A stretch of DNA of 64,000 nt from Candidatus Kaiserbacteria bacterium (lineage in GTDB: Bacteria > Patescibacteriota > Minisyncoccia > Phycocordibacterales > UBA918), in the NCBI GenBank assembly GCA_031430855.1, contig JANPCG010000004.1, positions 10,845-74,844 on the forward strand. The letters run 5' to 3'. A program made the position numbers and the translations under genes. Positions 1-10,843 of the stretch are shown here, piece after piece (position 1 is the first letter of the stretch; every line of letters begins with the position of its first letter). Under the pieces are notes generated by a model. That model was not told where the DNA came from. It saw only the letters and a program-made list of their open reading frames with translations, and ran no database searches.

Positions 1-603
1 GGGAAGGGGGCCAAGGTAAAGGGGAAACAAATTGACGTCTCATACTACAACCCGCGTGACTTTACTGCGGACAAACATAAAAAAGTTGACGAGCGACCCT
101 ATGGTGGTGGGCCGGGTATGGTCATGACCGCCCTACCAATTCTTAAAGCCTGGCAGAAGGCAGTAGGAGGCAAGACCTCCTCCTTGAAGGCGGGTAAGAT
201 AAAAACACTGATTATGTCACCTCGCGGGACCGTGTTCACAAATACAATAGCGAAACAATGGGCGGGAACGTATGACCACCTCGTTTTGATTTCTGGTCGC
301 TACGAAGGCATTGATGCTCGAGTGAAAGAGGTGCTCGGCGCAGAAGAAGTTTCAGTAGGTGACTATGTGCTCACAGGTGGGGAATTGCCGGCCCTTACTA
401 TTATTGATAGTGTGGCCCGCCAAATCCCTGGTGTGTTAGGAACCTTTGATTCGCTTGAAGACGACCGTGCAACGGAAGGCGTTACCTACACCCGTCCAGA
501 AGTCCTTGTATACAAAAAACAGAAATACCCAGTGCCTGAAGTACTTTTAAATGGTAATCATGCTGAGATAGAGCGTTGGCGGAAAGATTCAAAAAATACC
601 TAG
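1..603 (+). CDS. trmD: tRNA (guanine-N1)-methyltransferase TrmD, 5'-truncated by window edge
   Basis: Frame open from base 1: VDERPYGGGPGMVM, SPRG, GRYEGID, SVGDYVLTGGE, YTRP, VPEVLLNGNH motifs. Confidence 0.97.
   Translation, partial: GKGAKVKGKQIDVSYYNPRDFTADKHKKVDERPYGGGPGMVMTALPILKAWQKAVGGKTSSLKAGKIKTLIMSPRGTVFTNTIAKQWAGTYDHLVLISGRYEGIDARVKEVLGAEEVSVGDYVLTGGELPALTIIDSVARQIPGVLGTFDSLEDDRATEGVTYTRPEVLVYKKQKYPVPEVLLNGNHAEIERWRKDSKNT
165..181. repeat. Mini-hairpin repeat AGGAGG-CAAGA-CCTCCT inside trmD
   Basis: Identical 17-mer at 23628-23644; one-mismatch copy at 39045-39061. Confidence 0.7.
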
Positions 604-666
604 GTTGTGCCTATGAATAGATAGTTTGCATCGCTCGTGCCTGTGCAAATGTTTAAAAATGAAGAC

Positions 667-686
667 CCCCCGAATCGCTTCGGGGG
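667..686 (-). terminator. Hairpin terminator between convergent trmD and orphan gene
   Basis: CCCCGAA-TCGC-TTCGGGG stem-loop. Confidence 0.6.
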
Positions 687-688
687 AT

Positions 689-1051
689 TTATTGTTTCGC
701 GATGATATTGGCGAAATCTTGTGGGACGACCATCTGTGTACTGATTCCGGACAGGTCAACTTCGAGGAGGTTCTGCACAACCGAGTCTTTAGACAGCTGA
801 TCCATTTCACTGAGATAACGGATCGGAAGCAAGATTTCTTGGACTCTCCCATTGTGCAGATCAATGAGCAGTCGCCGAAACGCCTGTACCGCCGGCGGGT
901 ACGTTGAGACGGAAAATCTGGGTGCTTCAGTGAGGCTTTTGATGGACAGTGCACAGACCACCCAGTCGTCATCCAAGTTCTTTGTTACCAGATGATGTTG
1001 CCCAATAGTCGGATTGCCGACTATGATTTTGTCGATTACTCGAACTTTCAT
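689..1051 (-). CDS. Hypothetical protein (120 aa orphan)
   Basis: SD GAGGAG before ATG, promoter TTGACT-N16-TTTAAT upstream, hairpin right after stop; no recognisable family. Confidence 0.7.
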   Translation of the reverse strand: MKVRVIDKIIVGNPTIGQHHLVTKNLDDDWVVCALSIKSLTEAPRFSVSTYPPAVQAFRRLLIDLHNGRVQEILLPIRYLSEMDQLSKDSVVQNLLEVDLSGISTQMVVPQDFANIIAKQ

Positions 1052-1144
1052 AACTTCTCCTCAAAGAGGGGTGACTTCTGCTGTTTATTAAATCATTAAT
1101 TTTGTATAAGTCAACTAGACAAAAACACTGCCAAGAGGTCGCGG

Positions 1145-1173
1145 TTGCGCGATTTGAGGAGGTCTGCTATAAT
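1145..1173 (+). promoter_or_regulatory. Sigma70-type promoter of rpoB-rpoC
   Basis: TTGCGC-N17-TATAAT with TG extension. Confidence 0.7.
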
Positions 1174-1355
1174 CCCCGCACAAACGCAAGGTCTCGACTG
1201 TGTTATGGCTAGAGGGAGATATATCGCGGGGTAAATCACAAGGGGAGTGATGTCGATATTAATAGGGTAAAAAAGTAAGATGTAAATAACCTGCACAAGG
1301 CTGTGTGCAGGTAAACTGCGTCTTACTAATTTGCACACCAGTAATCAATATTTAT

Positions 1356-4300
1356 ATGCAATTTAAAGCGGATAATTACGCCTCAACGGGAGCAATGCCA
1401 AAGAAGATATTTTCTATCTCACCGGCGCCAATGATTGAAGTGCCCGATTTGATTGAACCACAACGTGAATCATTCAAGTGGTTTGTGGAGACAGCGCTCA
1501 AGGAGATTTTCACTGAATTTTCACCGATTACTGACTACTCAGAGAAAAAATTTGAATTGAAGTTTAAGAAATATGAACTGGGAGAACCGAAGTGTACCCC
1601 CGAATACGCCAAGGAAAATAAATTAACCTACGACGCTCCACTCCGCGCGCAGGTGATTTTGAAGAACAAGACATTTGAAAGTGAGAAAGATCAGGAAATG
1701 TTCCTCGCTGACATGCCAGTTATGACCGAGAATGGTACCTTCATCATCAACGGTGTTGAACGTGTTATCGTACCTCAGCTCGCGCGCTCATACGGTATCT
1801 TCTTTACTGCAAATGAAGTAAAAGGCCGCACCCTCTTTGGTGCCAAAATCATCCCGGCTCGAGGTGCCTGGATTGAAATGGAATCTGATGCCGATGGCAT
1901 TATCTATGTAAAGATTGACCGCAAGAAGAAGTTCCCAATCTCATCACTTTTACGTGTGATGGGTGTTGAAAAAGAAAAGGACATGATTGACCTCATGAAA
2001 GGGGTTGAGCGTGGCGAAGAATACATGAAGGCGACGATTGCCAAAGATCCTGCGAAATCAGCTGATGAGTCATTTATCGAAATCTATAAGCGTCTCCGCG
2101 ATGGTGACCTCGCTACCCTTGATTCAGCTCGTGAATTTGTGCGTTCTATTTTTGCTCCAGAACGATACGACCTTTCTGAAATCGGACGACATCACTTTAA
2201 TGAACGCTATGGCCGGCCGACTGATAAGAAGGCGACTGACGAGCGAACGGTTTCAATTGAAGACGTTAAATTGATTCTCCAGAATATTGTCGTGATGAAC
2301 CACGATATTACTGCCTTGCCTGACGATATTGACCACCTTGGATTCCGCCGCGTGCGTTACTTTGGTGAAATGCTCCAGCAACGGGTTCGTGTTGGTATGA
2401 CTCGTATGAAGCGAAATATTCAGGATCGTATGTCGACGATTGAGGCAGAGACATCACTCCCAATGCAGATCTTGAATCCGCGTCCACTCCAGGCCGCGAT
2501 CAAGGAATTTTTCTCAACGAACCAACTCTCACAATTCAGTCAGCAACAGAACAACCTGGCTGAAATCGAGCACCTCCGTACGCTCTCTGCGCTTGGTCCC
2601 GGTGGGCTCACGCGTGAACGAGCTGGTTTTGAGGTTCGTGACGTACACACCAGTCACTACGGCCGTCTCTGTCCAATTCACACTCCAGAAGGTCCGAACA
2701 TCGGTCTGATTCTTCGTCTCGCGATGTACGCCAAGGTAAACCGCTTTGGTATTATCGAGACTCCATACGTCAAGGTTGAGAAAGGTGTCGTAACTGGTGA
2801 AGTTACCTACATGAATGCCCATGAGGAAGAGAAGTACACCATTGCTCATGCCGCAGTTGAAATTGATGCCAAAGGTAAAATCGTAAATGAGTTAGTTGAA
2901 GCCCGAAAGAAGGGTGATCCCCGAACCGTACCGCGAAAAGACGTAGAATACATGGATATTGCCACCAACCAAGCGTTCTCAATTGCGACGTCAATGATTC
3001 CGTTTTTGAATCACGACGACGCGAACCGTACCTTGATGGGTTCAAACATGCAGAAGCAGTCAACTCCGTGTCTCATAACTGAAGCGCCAATTGTGGCTAC
3101 TGGTGTTGAAGCGGTGGCGGCACGAGACACAGGTCGCGTAGTATACGCCCTTGAAGCTGGAGAAGTGGTTGAGTGTGATGCACAGCATATAGTCGTGAAG
3201 AACAAAGAAGGGAAGAAGAAGGAGTATCCACTTACGACGCTCAAGCGAACAAACGACTTCTCAGCCTTCTATCACCGCCCGGCGGTAACTATTGGCGTGA
3301 ATGTTAAACGCGGTGATCTGTTAGCTGATACCAGCTCAACTGATAAGGGTCAGCTCGCGGTAGGACAAAACGCTCTCGTTGCCTTTATGTCATGGAATGG
3401 CGCGAACTACGAAGACGCGATTGTTATTTCTGAACGGTTAGTTAAGGCCAGTAAGTTTTCGAGTATCCACCTTGATGAGCTCGAAGTATCTGTTCGTGAC
3501 ACGAAGTTAGGCCCCGAAGTAACTTCAGCTGATATTCCAAACGTGAGTGAAATGAAGCTTCGTAACCTCGATGAAAACGGAATCATTCGCATCGGTGCCG
3601 AAGTCCGTCCCGGTGATATCTTGGTTGGAAAAGTAACTCCAAAAGGTGAAACCCAACTCACTCCAGAAGAACGACTCCTCCGCTCTATCTTTGGAGAGAA
3701 GGCAAAGGATGTGAAAGATACTTCACTTCGTCTTGAAGCAGGGAAGCGTGGACGGGTTATTGGTGTGAAGATTTTCTCTCGAGAGAATGGTGACCAACTC
3801 GAAAGTGGCGTGATCAAGCGAATCCATGTAACGGTTGCACAGGTTCGTAATATCTCGGTTGGAGACAAGCTGGCTGGACGACACGGAAACAAGGGAGTTA
3901 TTTCTCGTATCTTGCCTGAAGAAGATATGCCGTACACAGAAGATGGCCGTCCAATCGACATTTTGCTTACACCGCTTGGAGTACCATCACGTATGAACCT
4001 TGGTCAGATTCTTGAACTCCACCTCGGAATGGCTGCCAATACTCTTGGCTACCAAGCAGTCGTACCACCATTTGCCGGAGCCACTGAAACCCACGTAAAG
4101 GCCGAACTTAAAGCTGCCGGACTGCCTGAAGATGGAAAAATCCAATTGCGTGATGGTCGAACGGGTGATCAATTTGCTCAGAAGACTGCGGTTGGATTCA
4201 TGTATATCTTAAAGCTTCACCATATGGTGGAAGACAAGATTCACATGCGATCAATTGGTCCATACTCACTTATTACACAGCAGCCACTTGGTGGTAAGGC

Positions 4301-4589
4301 GCAGGTGGGAGGTCAGCGCTTTGGAGAAATGGAAGTGTGGGCACTTCTTGGATATGGTGCTGCCTACACTCTGCGTGAGATGCTCACGATTAAGTCTGAC
4401 GATATTGTTGGACGATCAGCTGCCTTTGACTCGATTGTACGCGGTGAAAAAATCGGTCATCCGCACACCCCTGCAGCGTTTAACGTGTTAGTTAATCAAC
4501 TCCGAGGACTCGCGCTTGATGTGAAGTTAACCAAAGATGAGCCCCCACGCCGAAGTCGGGCAGAAGAGTCGTCTTATGAGCCTGCATAA
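1356..4589 (+). CDS. rpoB: RNA polymerase beta subunit
   Basis: GTFIINGVERV, RDVHTSHYGRLCPIHTPEGPNIG, GDKLAGRHGNKG, GGQRFGEME; start placed at ATG 1356 (1395 possible). Confidence 0.99.
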   Translation: MQFKADNYASTGAMPKKIFSISPAPMIEVPDLIEPQRESFKWFVETALKEIFTEFSPITDYSEKKFELKFKKYELGEPKCTPEYAKENKLTYDAPLRAQVILKNKTFESEKDQEMFLADMPVMTENGTFIINGVERVIVPQLARSYGIFFTANEVKGRTLFGAKIIPARGAWIEMESDADGIIYVKIDRKKKFPISSLLRVMGVEKEKDMIDLMKGVERGEEYMKATIAKDPAKSADESFIEIYKRLRDGDLATLDSAREFVRSIFAPERYDLSEIGRHHFNERYGRPTDKKATDERTVSIEDVKLILQNIVVMNHDITALPDDIDHLGFRRVRYFGEMLQQRVRVGMTRMKRNIQDRMSTIEAETSLPMQILNPRPLQAAIKEFFSTNQLSQFSQQQNNLAEIEHLRTLSALGPGGLTRERAGFEVRDVHTSHYGRLCPIHTPEGPNIGLILRLAMYAKVNRFGIIETPYVKVEKGVVTGEVTYMNAHEEEKYTIAHAAVEIDAKGKIVNELVEARKKGDPRTVPRKDVEYMDIATNQAFSIATSMIPFLNHDDANRTLMGSNMQKQSTPCLITEAPIVATGVEAVAARDTGRVVYALEAGEVVECDAQHIVVKNKEGKKKEYPLTTLKRTNDFSAFYHRPAVTIGVNVKRGDLLADTSSTDKGQLAVGQNALVAFMSWNGANYEDAIVISERLVKASKFSSIHLDELEVSVRDTKLGPEVTSADIPNVSEMKLRNLDENGIIRIGAEVRPGDILVGKVTPKGETQLTPEERLLRSIFGEKAKDVKDTSLRLEAGKRGRVIGVKIFSRENGDQLESGVIKRIHVTVAQVRNISVGDKLAGRHGNKGVISRILPEEDMPYTEDGRPIDILLTPLGVPSRMNLGQILELHLGMAANTLGYQAVVPPFAGATETHVKAELKAAGLPEDGKIQLRDGRTGDQFAQKTAVGFMYILKLHHMVEDKIHMRSIGPYSLITQQPLGGKAQVGGQRFGEMEVWALLGYGAAYTLREMLTIKSDDIVGRSAAFDSIVRGEKIGHPHTPAAFNVLVNQLRGLALDVKLTKDEPPRRSRAEESSYEPA

Positions 4590-4604
4590 TCGTTACTAAT
4601 ATAT

Positions 4605-7600
4605 ATGTCAACATTTTCACCAAAGAAGCCGACTTTGACTCCCCATCAGTTTACTGAAATCGGACTCAAGCTCGCATCTCCAGAAACGATTCTTGAATGG
4701 TCATACGGCGAAGTCACAAAACCAGAAACAATTAACTACCGAACCCAGCGCCCTGAAAAGCACGGTCTCTTTGATGAGAGAATTTTTGGACCAGTTGAAG
4801 ATTATGAATGTTCTTGTAAGAAGTACCGCGGTATCAGGTACAAGGGTATTGTCTGTGAGAAGTGTGGTGTAGAAGTTACGCGCGCTATCGTACGACGTGA
4901 ACGGATGGGTCACATTGACCTTTGTGTGCCAGTTTCACACATTTGGTTCTTGCGTGGAGTACCGTCACGTATTGCCCTTATTCTCGGTATTACTGCTGCC
5001 TCAATCGAAAAAGTTATTTACTTTGCTGGCTATATTGTCACAAAAGTAAGTGAAGACGAGCGAGCGCGACTTTTAAAAGAACTTGAGACTGAGTACAAAA
5101 CAAAATTAAAGGATCTTCAAAACGAAGACGCGCGTGAGGCACTCCGTGTACGTGCTGAGGACATGAAGAAGGAAATAGAACGAATTATGCAGGGGATTGT
5201 ACTTGATGAAACGACCTTCCATAAGTACTCAATTAAATACAGTACCCTCTTTGAAGCGAAGATTGGCGCTGAATCAATCTACGAGCTCTTCAAGAGTATT
5301 GATATGAAGAAATTGCTTGCCCGTCTCGAGACAGAACGAGAGACCGCCGGAGCGATGGAGCGAGCAAAATTGGATAAACGACTTTCTCTCGTGCGCGGCA
5401 TGCTCCATGCGGGCGTGAAGCCAGAGTGGATGTTTCTGACGCGTATTCCGGTGATTCCACCAGCGATTCGTCCAATGGTTGCCCTTGAAGGTGGCCGTCA
5501 CGCTTCTTCAGACCTAAACGACCTGTACCGTCGAGTGATTAACCGAAACAATCGTTTGAAAAAACTGATTGATATTATGGCGCCTGACGTGATCCTTCGT
5601 AACGAAAAGCGTATTCTTCAAGAAGCAGTTGACGCGCTTGTCGACAACTCAATTCGACACGGAAATGCTGCCTACTCAGCTATGGGTCAGGCACAGAGAC
5701 GGCCTCTTAAGTCACTCTCAGATTACCTCAAAAGTAAGCAGGGCTACTTCCGTCAAAATCTCCTCGGAAAGCGGGTTGACTATTCTGGACGTTCAGTAAT
5801 CGTTATTGGTCCGGAATTAACTCTTGATCAATGTGGTTTGCCAAAGCATATGGCCCTCGAACTCTTCCGACCGTTTGTGATTGCAGAGCTCCTCAAACAA
5901 GAATTGGCGTACAACATTCGTGGTGCCGGACGTCTCATTGAAGACGGTGTACCAGAAGTGTGGGCGATTTTGGAAAATATTATTAAGCATAAGCACGTCC
6001 TTTTAAACCGGGCGCCGACACTTCACCGTCAGGGTATCCAGGCATTCCGCCCAGTCTTGATTGAAGGTAATGCGATTCAGGTTCACCCGCTCGTCTGTCG
6101 CGCGTTTAACGCTGACTTCGACGGAGACCAAATGGCCGTTCACGTACCTTTGGGAGAAGAAGCACAGCTTGAAGCGCGTGAGATGATTTCAGCGAATAAG
6201 AACATTTTGAAGCCAGGTTCGTCTGAACCGGTGGTATCGGAAAAGCTTCTTGATATGGCCCTTGGTGCGTACTGGATGACGAAGGTAATTCCTGAAGCGA
6301 AGGGAACCGGAAAATTCTTTTCTTCACCAAACGATGCTATCAATGCCTATGACTACGGAGTGATTGATTTCCGGGCGATGGTAAAGGTGCTTGCTACAGA
6401 TACTGAAAAGTACTCACAGTTTGAAGGTAAGGTATTTGAAACTACTGTCGGGCGCCTCCTCTTTAACAGTGTACTTCCGTCAGATCATAAATTCATTAAT
6501 GATGTGGTGGTACAGAAGATGATTTTTGAAATCATTATCGACATCATCGACGATCGTGGTCCAGAAGCCGTTCCGGCGATTATCGACAAGCTCAAGAAGC
6601 TTGGCTTCAAGTATGCGACACAGTCAGGAACAACTTGGGGAATTGATGAAGTTAAAGTACCAAAAGAAAAAGCAACTATCATTGAAGCATCGCGCGTTGA
6701 AGAGCGGCAAGTGTTCGCCTACTACGATGAAGGTCTTATCTCTCGTGACGAACGTCGTCGTATGATTGTGTCTATCTGGCACCGAGCGAAAACTGAAATT
6801 GAAAAGGTGCTTCCACAGACGCTTGATGAAAACGGATCGGCGTACGAAATGTGGAAGTCTGGGGCTCGAGGTTCTCTCGGTCAAATTGCTCAGATGGCCG
6901 GCATGAAAGGACTTATCGTTAACACCCGAGGTGAAACCCTTGAGTTCCCAATTCTTTCTTCGATGAAAGAAGGTATGACACCAATCGAGTACTTCAACAC
7001 CACACACGGTTCCCGTAAAGGTCTCGCCGACACTGCCTTGCAGACGGCAAAGGCTGGATACCTCACACGACGTCTCTTCGTAGTAGCGCAAGACGCGATT
7101 GTAACGGAAGAAGACTGTAAAACGAAAGAAGGAACCAAGATTGGACGCATCAGTGCTTCAGGTATTGAAATTGCCTTTAGTAAAGCGATTAAGGGACGCA
7201 TTCTCTCTCAAGATGCCGTTGACAGTAAAGGTAATGTTATCTTCCCGAAGGGGCATTTGCTCTCACGTCGTGACGCGGTTGCGGTTGAAGGTTCAACTGC
7301 CTCAATGGTTGAAGTGCGTTCACCAATGACCTGTAAGACGCTTCGTGGTGTTTGTCAGAAGTGTTACGGTATTGACCTTACAACCAACAAACTCATTGAT
7401 ATTGGAGAAGCAGTCGGAACAGTTGCTGCTCAAGCGATTGGAGAGCCGGGAACTCAGCTTACGATGAACACGAAGCACGCTGGAGGTACGGCGTCTGCTG
7501 CGGGAGACGTAACATCAGGTCTTCCACGGGTAGAAGAAGTGTTTGAAAAACGTCAACCAAAAGTACCGGCTATCGTCAGTAAGTGCGAAGGTTTAGTTGT

Positions 7601-8288
7601 TGATATTCGAACCGAAGGTCGTGAAAAAATCATTGTGGTTTCTCCAGACATGAATGCTAAAGGTGCACCAAAGAAGAAGGATAATATTGAATACCCAGTC
7701 CATTACCGCCGCATGGTAACGGTAAACAAAGGTGAGACAGTAATTTCGGGTCAAATGCTTACAGACGGCTCAGCCTTGCTTCCTGAACTCTTCAAGTTTG
7801 GTGGACAGGAAGTAGCTCAGGAATATATTATTTCTGAAGTAAACAAGATTTACGAGCTCCAAGGTGTGACGATTTCACGAAAGCACATTGAACTCATTGT
7901 GAAGCAGATGATGTCTCGCGTGAAAGTAAATAGTACAGGCGATAGTCACTTTACTAATGGTGACGTGGTTGAAGAGTGGATTTTTATTGAAGCAAATAAC
8001 AAGCTCAAGGCTGAAGGCAAGGAAGTTGCCAAGGCTGATCGTTTGATTTTGGGAATTACCGAAACGTCACTCTCACGAAAGAGTTTCCTCTCAGCCGCTT
8101 CTTTCCAGAACACAACACGTGTACTCATTAACGCTGCGGTGAAGGGAAGTGAAGACAACCTCGCTGGTCTCATGGAAAACGTGATTATTGGAAAATTAAT
8201 TCCAGCCGGATCAGGATTCAAGGGGAGTAAGAAGTATCAGATGATGCAGGAGCTTCAAGGAGGCGCCACTAGAATTGATAGAGACTAA
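4605..8288 (+). CDS. rpoC: RNA polymerase beta' subunit
   Basis: NADFDGD catalytic motif, N-terminal Zn-finger, [21 protein letters not shown]. Confidence 0.99.
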   Translation: MSTFSPKKPTLTPHQFTEIGLKLASPETILEWSYGEVTKPETINYRTQRPEKHGLFDERIFGPVEDYECSCKKYRGIRYKGIVCEKCGVEVTRAIVRRERMGHIDLCVPVSHIWFLRGVPSRIALILGITAASIEKVIYFAGYIVTKVSEDERARLLKELETEYKTKLKDLQNEDAREALRVRAEDMKKEIERIMQGIVLDETTFHKYSIKYSTLFEAKIGAESIYELFKSIDMKKLLARLETERETAGAMERAKLDKRLSLVRGMLHAGVKPEWMFLTRIPVIPPAIRPMVALEGGRHASSDLNDLYRRVINRNNRLKKLIDIMAPDVILRNEKRILQEAVDALVDNSIRHGNAAYSAMGQAQRRPLKSLSDYLKSKQGYFRQNLLGKRVDYSGRSVIVIGPELTLDQCGLPKHMALELFRPFVIAELLKQELAYNIRGAGRLIEDGVPEVWAILENIIKHKHVLLNRAPTLHRQGIQAFRPVLIEGNAIQVHPLVCRAFNADFDGDQMAVHVPLGEEAQLEAREMISANKNILKPGSSEPVVSEKLLDMALGAYWMTKVIPEAKGTGKFFSSPNDAINAYDYGVIDFRAMVKVLATDTEKYSQFEGKVFETTVGRLLFNSVLPSDHKFINDVVVQKMIFEIIIDIIDDRGPEAVPAIIDKLKKLGFKYATQSGTTWGIDEVKVPKEKATIIEASRVEERQVFAYYDEGLISRDERRRMIVSIWHRAKTEIEKVLPQTLDENGSAYEMWKSGARGSLGQIAQMAGMKGLIVNTRGETLEFPILSSMKEGMTPIEYFNTTHGSRKGLADTALQTAKAGYLTRRLFVVAQDAIVTEEDCKTKEGTKIGRISASGIEIAFSKAIKGRILSQDAVDSKGNVIFPKGHLLSRRDAVAVEGSTASMVEVRSPMTCKTLRGVCQKCYGIDLTTNKLIDIGEAVGTVAAQAIGEPGTQLTMNTKHAGGTASAAGDVTSGLPRVEEVFEKRQPKVPAIVSKCEGLVVDIRTEGREKIIVVSPDMNAKGAPKKKDNIEYPVHYRRMVTVNKGETVISGQMLTDGSALLPELFKFGGQEVAQEYIISEVNKIYELQGVTISRKHIELIVKQMMSRVKVNSTGDSHFTNGDVVEEWIFIEANNKLKAEGKEVAKADRLILGITETSLSRKSFLSAASFQNTTRVLINAAVKGSEDNLAGLMENVIIGKLIPAGSGFKGSKKYQMMQELQGGATRIDRD

Positions 8289-8419
8289 CGGCCTCCAAAA
8301 CGCACGCATCTACGTTGTTGCACTGCGGCAGTGGACGCTCACCGTACATCAGGTACGGCTCGTGCCCACTACCTGGCGCGCCTAGTAGCTGCATACGTTT
8401 TGAAACCCTCTGAAGTTAG
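8285..8419 (+). repeat. Long-hairpin dispersed repeat copy 1 (3' of rpoC)
   Basis: CAAAACGCACGCATCTACGTTGTTG...TCACCGTAC-ATCAG-GTACGGCTC...CGCCTAGTAGCTGCATACGTTTTG. Confidence 0.9.
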
Positions 8420-8442
8420 AACGTTAGAGTAAAATCTAAAAC

Positions 8443-8481
8443 AACAAACCGCTGACACCTTTAGGTGTCAGCGGTTTGTTG
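8443..8481. terminator. Intrinsic terminator after rpoC
   Basis: CAACAAACCGCTGACACCT-T-AGGTGTCAGCGGTTTGTTG-type perfect inverted repeat. Confidence 0.8.
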
Positions 8482-8509
8482 TGTATTTGAGAAAAGAGTG
8501 AGAATTTCG

Positions 8510-8529
8510 CACTATCATATATGATAGTG
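8510..8529. repeat. Perfect 20-bp palindrome CACTATCATATATGATAGTG, copy A
   Basis: Identical copy at 52449-52468. Confidence 0.85.
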
Positions 8530-8555
8530 GAAATTTAAATAGTAAAAACGAAAAA

Positions 8556-8591
8556 CCGCCGATAGACTGGCGGATTTCCAGTTATCGGCGG
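8556..8591 (-). terminator. Terminator of the small minus-strand orphan gene
   Basis: CCGCCGATA-G-ACTGG...CCAGT-TATCGGCGG stem followed by T-run on minus strand. Confidence 0.7.
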
Positions 8592-8601
8592 CACACTGCC
8601 C

Positions 8602-8799
8602 TCATTGAGTTTTCAGATAGATCTCCAGGGCGAACATGATGTTGTCTTGAATCGTCTGGGTTATGGCCAAAAGCGCCAATACGACACCAACTGTTGCAGC
8701 AAGAAAGCGAACCCATGGAGCTTCGTTCTTGATCAATCCGCTTGCAAACATGCCAGCACAGGCTCCACTCATCCAAACGTAAATAAAAACGTACTCCAT
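8602..8799 (-). CDS. Small membrane protein (65 aa orphan, two hydrophobic segments)
   Basis: SD GGAGGGAG, promoter TTGACT-N17-TACTAT, own terminator. Confidence 0.7.
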   Translation of the reverse strand: MEYVFIYVWMSGACAGMFASGLIKNEAPWVRFLAATVGVVLALLAITQTIQDNIMFALEIYLKTQ

Positions 8800-8901
8800 T
8801 TAGGACTCCCTCCATAGCTTTCAAAATAGTATCACATATATTGTAATAAGTCAATGGTGTGTAAGCGGTGATAAAATTTTTGCGGTATACTAGTGGGAAT
8901 T

Positions 8902-10659
8902 ATGGCTTCGGGTGATGCGGTACAGCAGATAAAAGATCGACTCAATATTATTGATGTGATTTCGCCATATGCGGAGCTACATAAGTCTGGACGACACTTT
9001 GTCGCACGCTGCCCATTTCACTCTGAGAAATCACCATCTTTTCATGTGTCAGCTGAACGCGGAACGTATCATTGTTTTGGGTGTAGTGTGGGGGGTGATA
9101 TGTTTTCGTTTATCCAAATGATTGATGGGGTGGATTTCAAGGAGGCACTCAAGATACTCGCAGCTAAAGCTAATGTTGAGTTAGTGCCTGAGAGTCCGCA
9201 AAAGAAAACGGAACGGGATGAGTTGTTTGCAGTCCTCGAAGCTGCAACCCAATTCTTTGAGATTGGTTTAACTAACTCCGTCGATGCCGCTGCATATTTA
9301 GAGCGTCGTGGGGTAACTGCCGAGACGATTAAAAAGTGGCGGATTGGGTACGCGCCAGGGCCACCGGCGGCCGGGTGGCGCGAACTAAAAACCCATTTAG
9401 GGACGAAAAATTTTAAACCGACTACCATGCAACTGGCGGGGTTAATTAAGAGTAGTGAGGGTGGAAAAGAACCGTTCGATGTCTTCCGGGATCGAGTCAT
9501 GTTCCCGATGAGTGACCAGAATGGAAAAATCGTGGCTTTTTCTGGACGCATTTTAGCCAAAGATACCGAGGCGCCAAAATACGTAAATTCACCAGAGACG
9601 CCGTTGTATCATAAGTCAGAATTACTCTATGGGTACGATCGGGCGAAGCATGGCATACGGTCATTGGGTTTTTGGCTGATTGTAGAAGGGCAGTTTGATG
9701 TGGTTATGAGTCATCAGGCGGGCTACACGAATACGGTGGCGGTCTCGGGTACCGCGTTTACTGAACACCATGCTCAACTCCTCGAGCGACTGTCTAACAA
9801 AGTTGTGCTCGCCCTTGATGCAGATAAGGCAGGGATAGCTGCCATGAAGCGCGCAGCGGAACTATTACTGAAGCGGGGGATTGATGTAAAGGTCGCAGCG
9901 ATGCCAGACGGAGCTGATCCGGCGGATATGGTGCTGTCTGATGTGAAGTCATTTAAGACAGCGATTGGCCACTCGGTCCACGTCATTGAATTTTTGTTAG
10001 CTCATTTACGAAAAACAGTGACTGATGATAGAGCATTTAAACTACGAGCCCGAGAGGAAATCATTCCCTTTGTGACGTTAATTCCAAACCGCATTGACCA
10101 AGAACATTTTATAGGAAAAATTGCCGAGGCGCTTGGTACGACGAAAGACGCGGTACACTTTGAAGTCGGTAGAATTCAAGAGGAAAAAAAGAGCACTGCT
10201 CCGGCCGTTGTACCAAAAGCACCGGCGACTTCTGCTGTTGTTGCACCAGCTGCTCCGGTGTTACGGAAAGATAATACGTTTCAGTATCTCTTAGCCGCTG
10301 TCACGGTGACGGTACCTGAAGTGCAATCAATCCTGGAGCGGGAACTTACCGTAATAGTAGGGGATGAGGACATCAAAAAAGAACAAACTGCGGCCGCACC
10401 CGCGATTGCAAAACTGGCCTTCCAGATTGAAAGTTTTATTGAAAAAAATTCTTCCCGGCTACAAATAGAAGAGTGGGTATATAAACTCAATCAACTGCGT
10501 GAAATTTTAATCAAAGAAAAGATTACGGCCGCCCGTACCGAACTCAATCAGTTGGCGGAAACGGGTGGGGACGTGGCAGAGGTTCTCACTCGGGTACAAC
10601 AACTCCAAAAGGAGCTCCAAGTCCCTCCGTATACTCCTGAACTTTTTACACAAAAATAG
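8902..10659 (+). CDS. dnaG: DNA primase
   Basis: CPFHSEKSPSF...HCFGC Zn-binding domain, PKYVNSPET, Toprim VEGQFDV and DADKAG. Confidence 0.97.
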   Translation: MASGDAVQQIKDRLNIIDVISPYAELHKSGRHFVARCPFHSEKSPSFHVSAERGTYHCFGCSVGGDMFSFIQMIDGVDFKEALKILAAKANVELVPESPQKKTERDELFAVLEAATQFFEIGLTNSVDAAAYLERRGVTAETIKKWRIGYAPGPPAAGWRELKTHLGTKNFKPTTMQLAGLIKSSEGGKEPFDVFRDRVMFPMSDQNGKIVAFSGRILAKDTEAPKYVNSPETPLYHKSELLYGYDRAKHGIRSLGFWLIVEGQFDVVMSHQAGYTNTVAVSGTAFTEHHAQLLERLSNKVVLALDADKAGIAAMKRAAELLLKRGIDVKVAAMPDGADPADMVLSDVKSFKTAIGHSVHVIEFLLAHLRKTVTDDRAFKLRAREEIIPFVTLIPNRIDQEHFIGKIAEALGTTKDAVHFEVGRIQEEKKSTAPAVVPKAPATSAVVAPAAPVLRKDNTFQYLLAAVTVTVPEVQSILERELTVIVGDEDIKKEQTAAAPAIAKLAFQIESFIEKNSSRLQIEEWVYKLNQLREILIKEKITAARTELNQLAETGGDVAEVLTRVQQLQKELQVPPYTPELFTQK

Positions 10660-10843
10660 TTTCTGCTGAATAAGTAGTATGAGCTTGGTAAAAATCATTT
10701 TAGGCAACGAACACAAGGAAATGACAGTGAGGCGTACTTATTGTACGTTGAACCTGGCATTTTTGAAGTGTGAGGCAGCATAAAGTTATTTTTAACGAGT
10801 TCACTGGACATTTTGGCGATTTTCTGTATAGTAGTCGATACGT

